Assembly: GCA_030265395.1 (NCBI GenBank)
Contig: JARFYF010000001.1
Coordinates: forward strand, 100,569,970-100,633,969
DNA length: 64,000 bases
Origin: Rhina ancylostomus
Lineage: Eukaryota
Direction: 5' to 3'
Shown here: positions 63,111 through 64,000 of the stretch, piece by piece
Numbering within the stretch: the first letter of the stretch is position 1
How the letters are laid out: each line of letters starts with the position of its first letter
Translations under genes and position numbers: made by a program
Notes under the pieces: model-generated
Databases searched by the model: none
Told to the model about the DNA's origin: nothing
Seen by the model: the letters and a program-made list of their open reading frames with translations, nothing else

Positions 63111-64000
63111 CCTATGCATCATAACAAATGCCACTTGATGTATGCAATGTTCTTTGCTGCTCACCCCAAGGTATTCTAGAATTCTTTGTGTGACATCTAT
63201 TGTTTTTGATGGAAGTTTACATTTCCTCTAACAAGTATTTAAAATAAGCTGGTTAGTTTGTATTAAAAGTTCAAAAATTATGACTGAACTCAAAATCCCT
63301 GATAATACTTAATAAGCTCTCTGGAAATATGGCAAATTAGCTTTATCAGATGTTTTCTCCTTTCACATCATTAAGTTGCAAAATATAGAGCGACAATACA
63401 ATCCTATTTATTTACGAAAAGCTTTCAACATCTTTTATATTCAGGATGTACAGACAGGAGAACTCTGAATGTTGGAAATATGGCAGACCAGCTGTCTACT
63501 CCACTTGGGTTCCATATGTCTTTATACTTGCAATAATCTGCATTGAGGGTTTTATTACACATGACATTTGGAGAACGATTCCTTTGAATATATCATATTC
63601 GTACATTTTTATTTGAAATATAACCTCAGCCTGTGTTTAAAAATGCATTGTTTTCTTTAAATAGTTTTTGTTGTTAATGATATGTTTGATTATTGTTGTA
63701 TTTAAGTTCAATGCTGATCAGCTGTAAATGAATCATTATGTATCATAAAACATCACAAACTGGCATGTTGAAATCAATGTGACATGTCTGTATGGTGCTT
63801 TATACCTCTGCAAGTGCAATCAACATATTCCTACTCATACCTAGTAATACACAAACTTTCCATCTGGGAATGTTCAAAATAAACAGATAAAATTAAAATA
63901 AATGATTATAAATAATTTCAGCATGAATCATACATGTTCTGTTTTTGTAAGTATGGGCTCCAGCTACAAGATTGTTTATCAAGATCTACAAAATGTGGTC

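Noticed and set aside
1-64000. Novel multi-gene or prokaryote-type system (operon, defence island, CRISPR, endogenous virus)
   Set aside because: No long intact ORFs or gene-dense region; every recognisable coding remnant is a decayed vertebrate transposon.

Overview
This is eukaryotic, AT-rich, CpG-depleted, non-coding DNA from a draft scaffold with 13 N-gaps. Its repeats (CR1, L2, RTE and other LINEs, Penelope-like elements, a Deu-type SINE, PIF/Harbinger fossils) look like a cartilaginous fish, probably a ray; this is inference from recalled repeat sequences, not a database search. I found no intact protein-coding gene, tRNA, rRNA or CRISPR array. The listed ORFs are chance frames, N-gap read-throughs or decayed transposon fragments, so the window is probably a large intron or gene desert. 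Much of it is decayed and often nested mobile elements, with a few TE-free, homeodomain-motif-rich stretches that may be enhancers. The clearest sequence-level oddities are local inverted (fold-back) duplications: a 76-bp inverted copy bracketing a Penelope insertion (56809-57602), a 49-bp-arm hairpin inside a CR1 (16505-16629) and a fold-back at a CR1 3' stem-loop (36094-36168). Also notable are a LINE with a tRNA-like head, a Gypsy integrase fossil, a Penelope hammerhead relic and a Hox-Pbx-Meis motif cluster. I cannot support a new multi-gene biological system here. TE boundaries are approximate.
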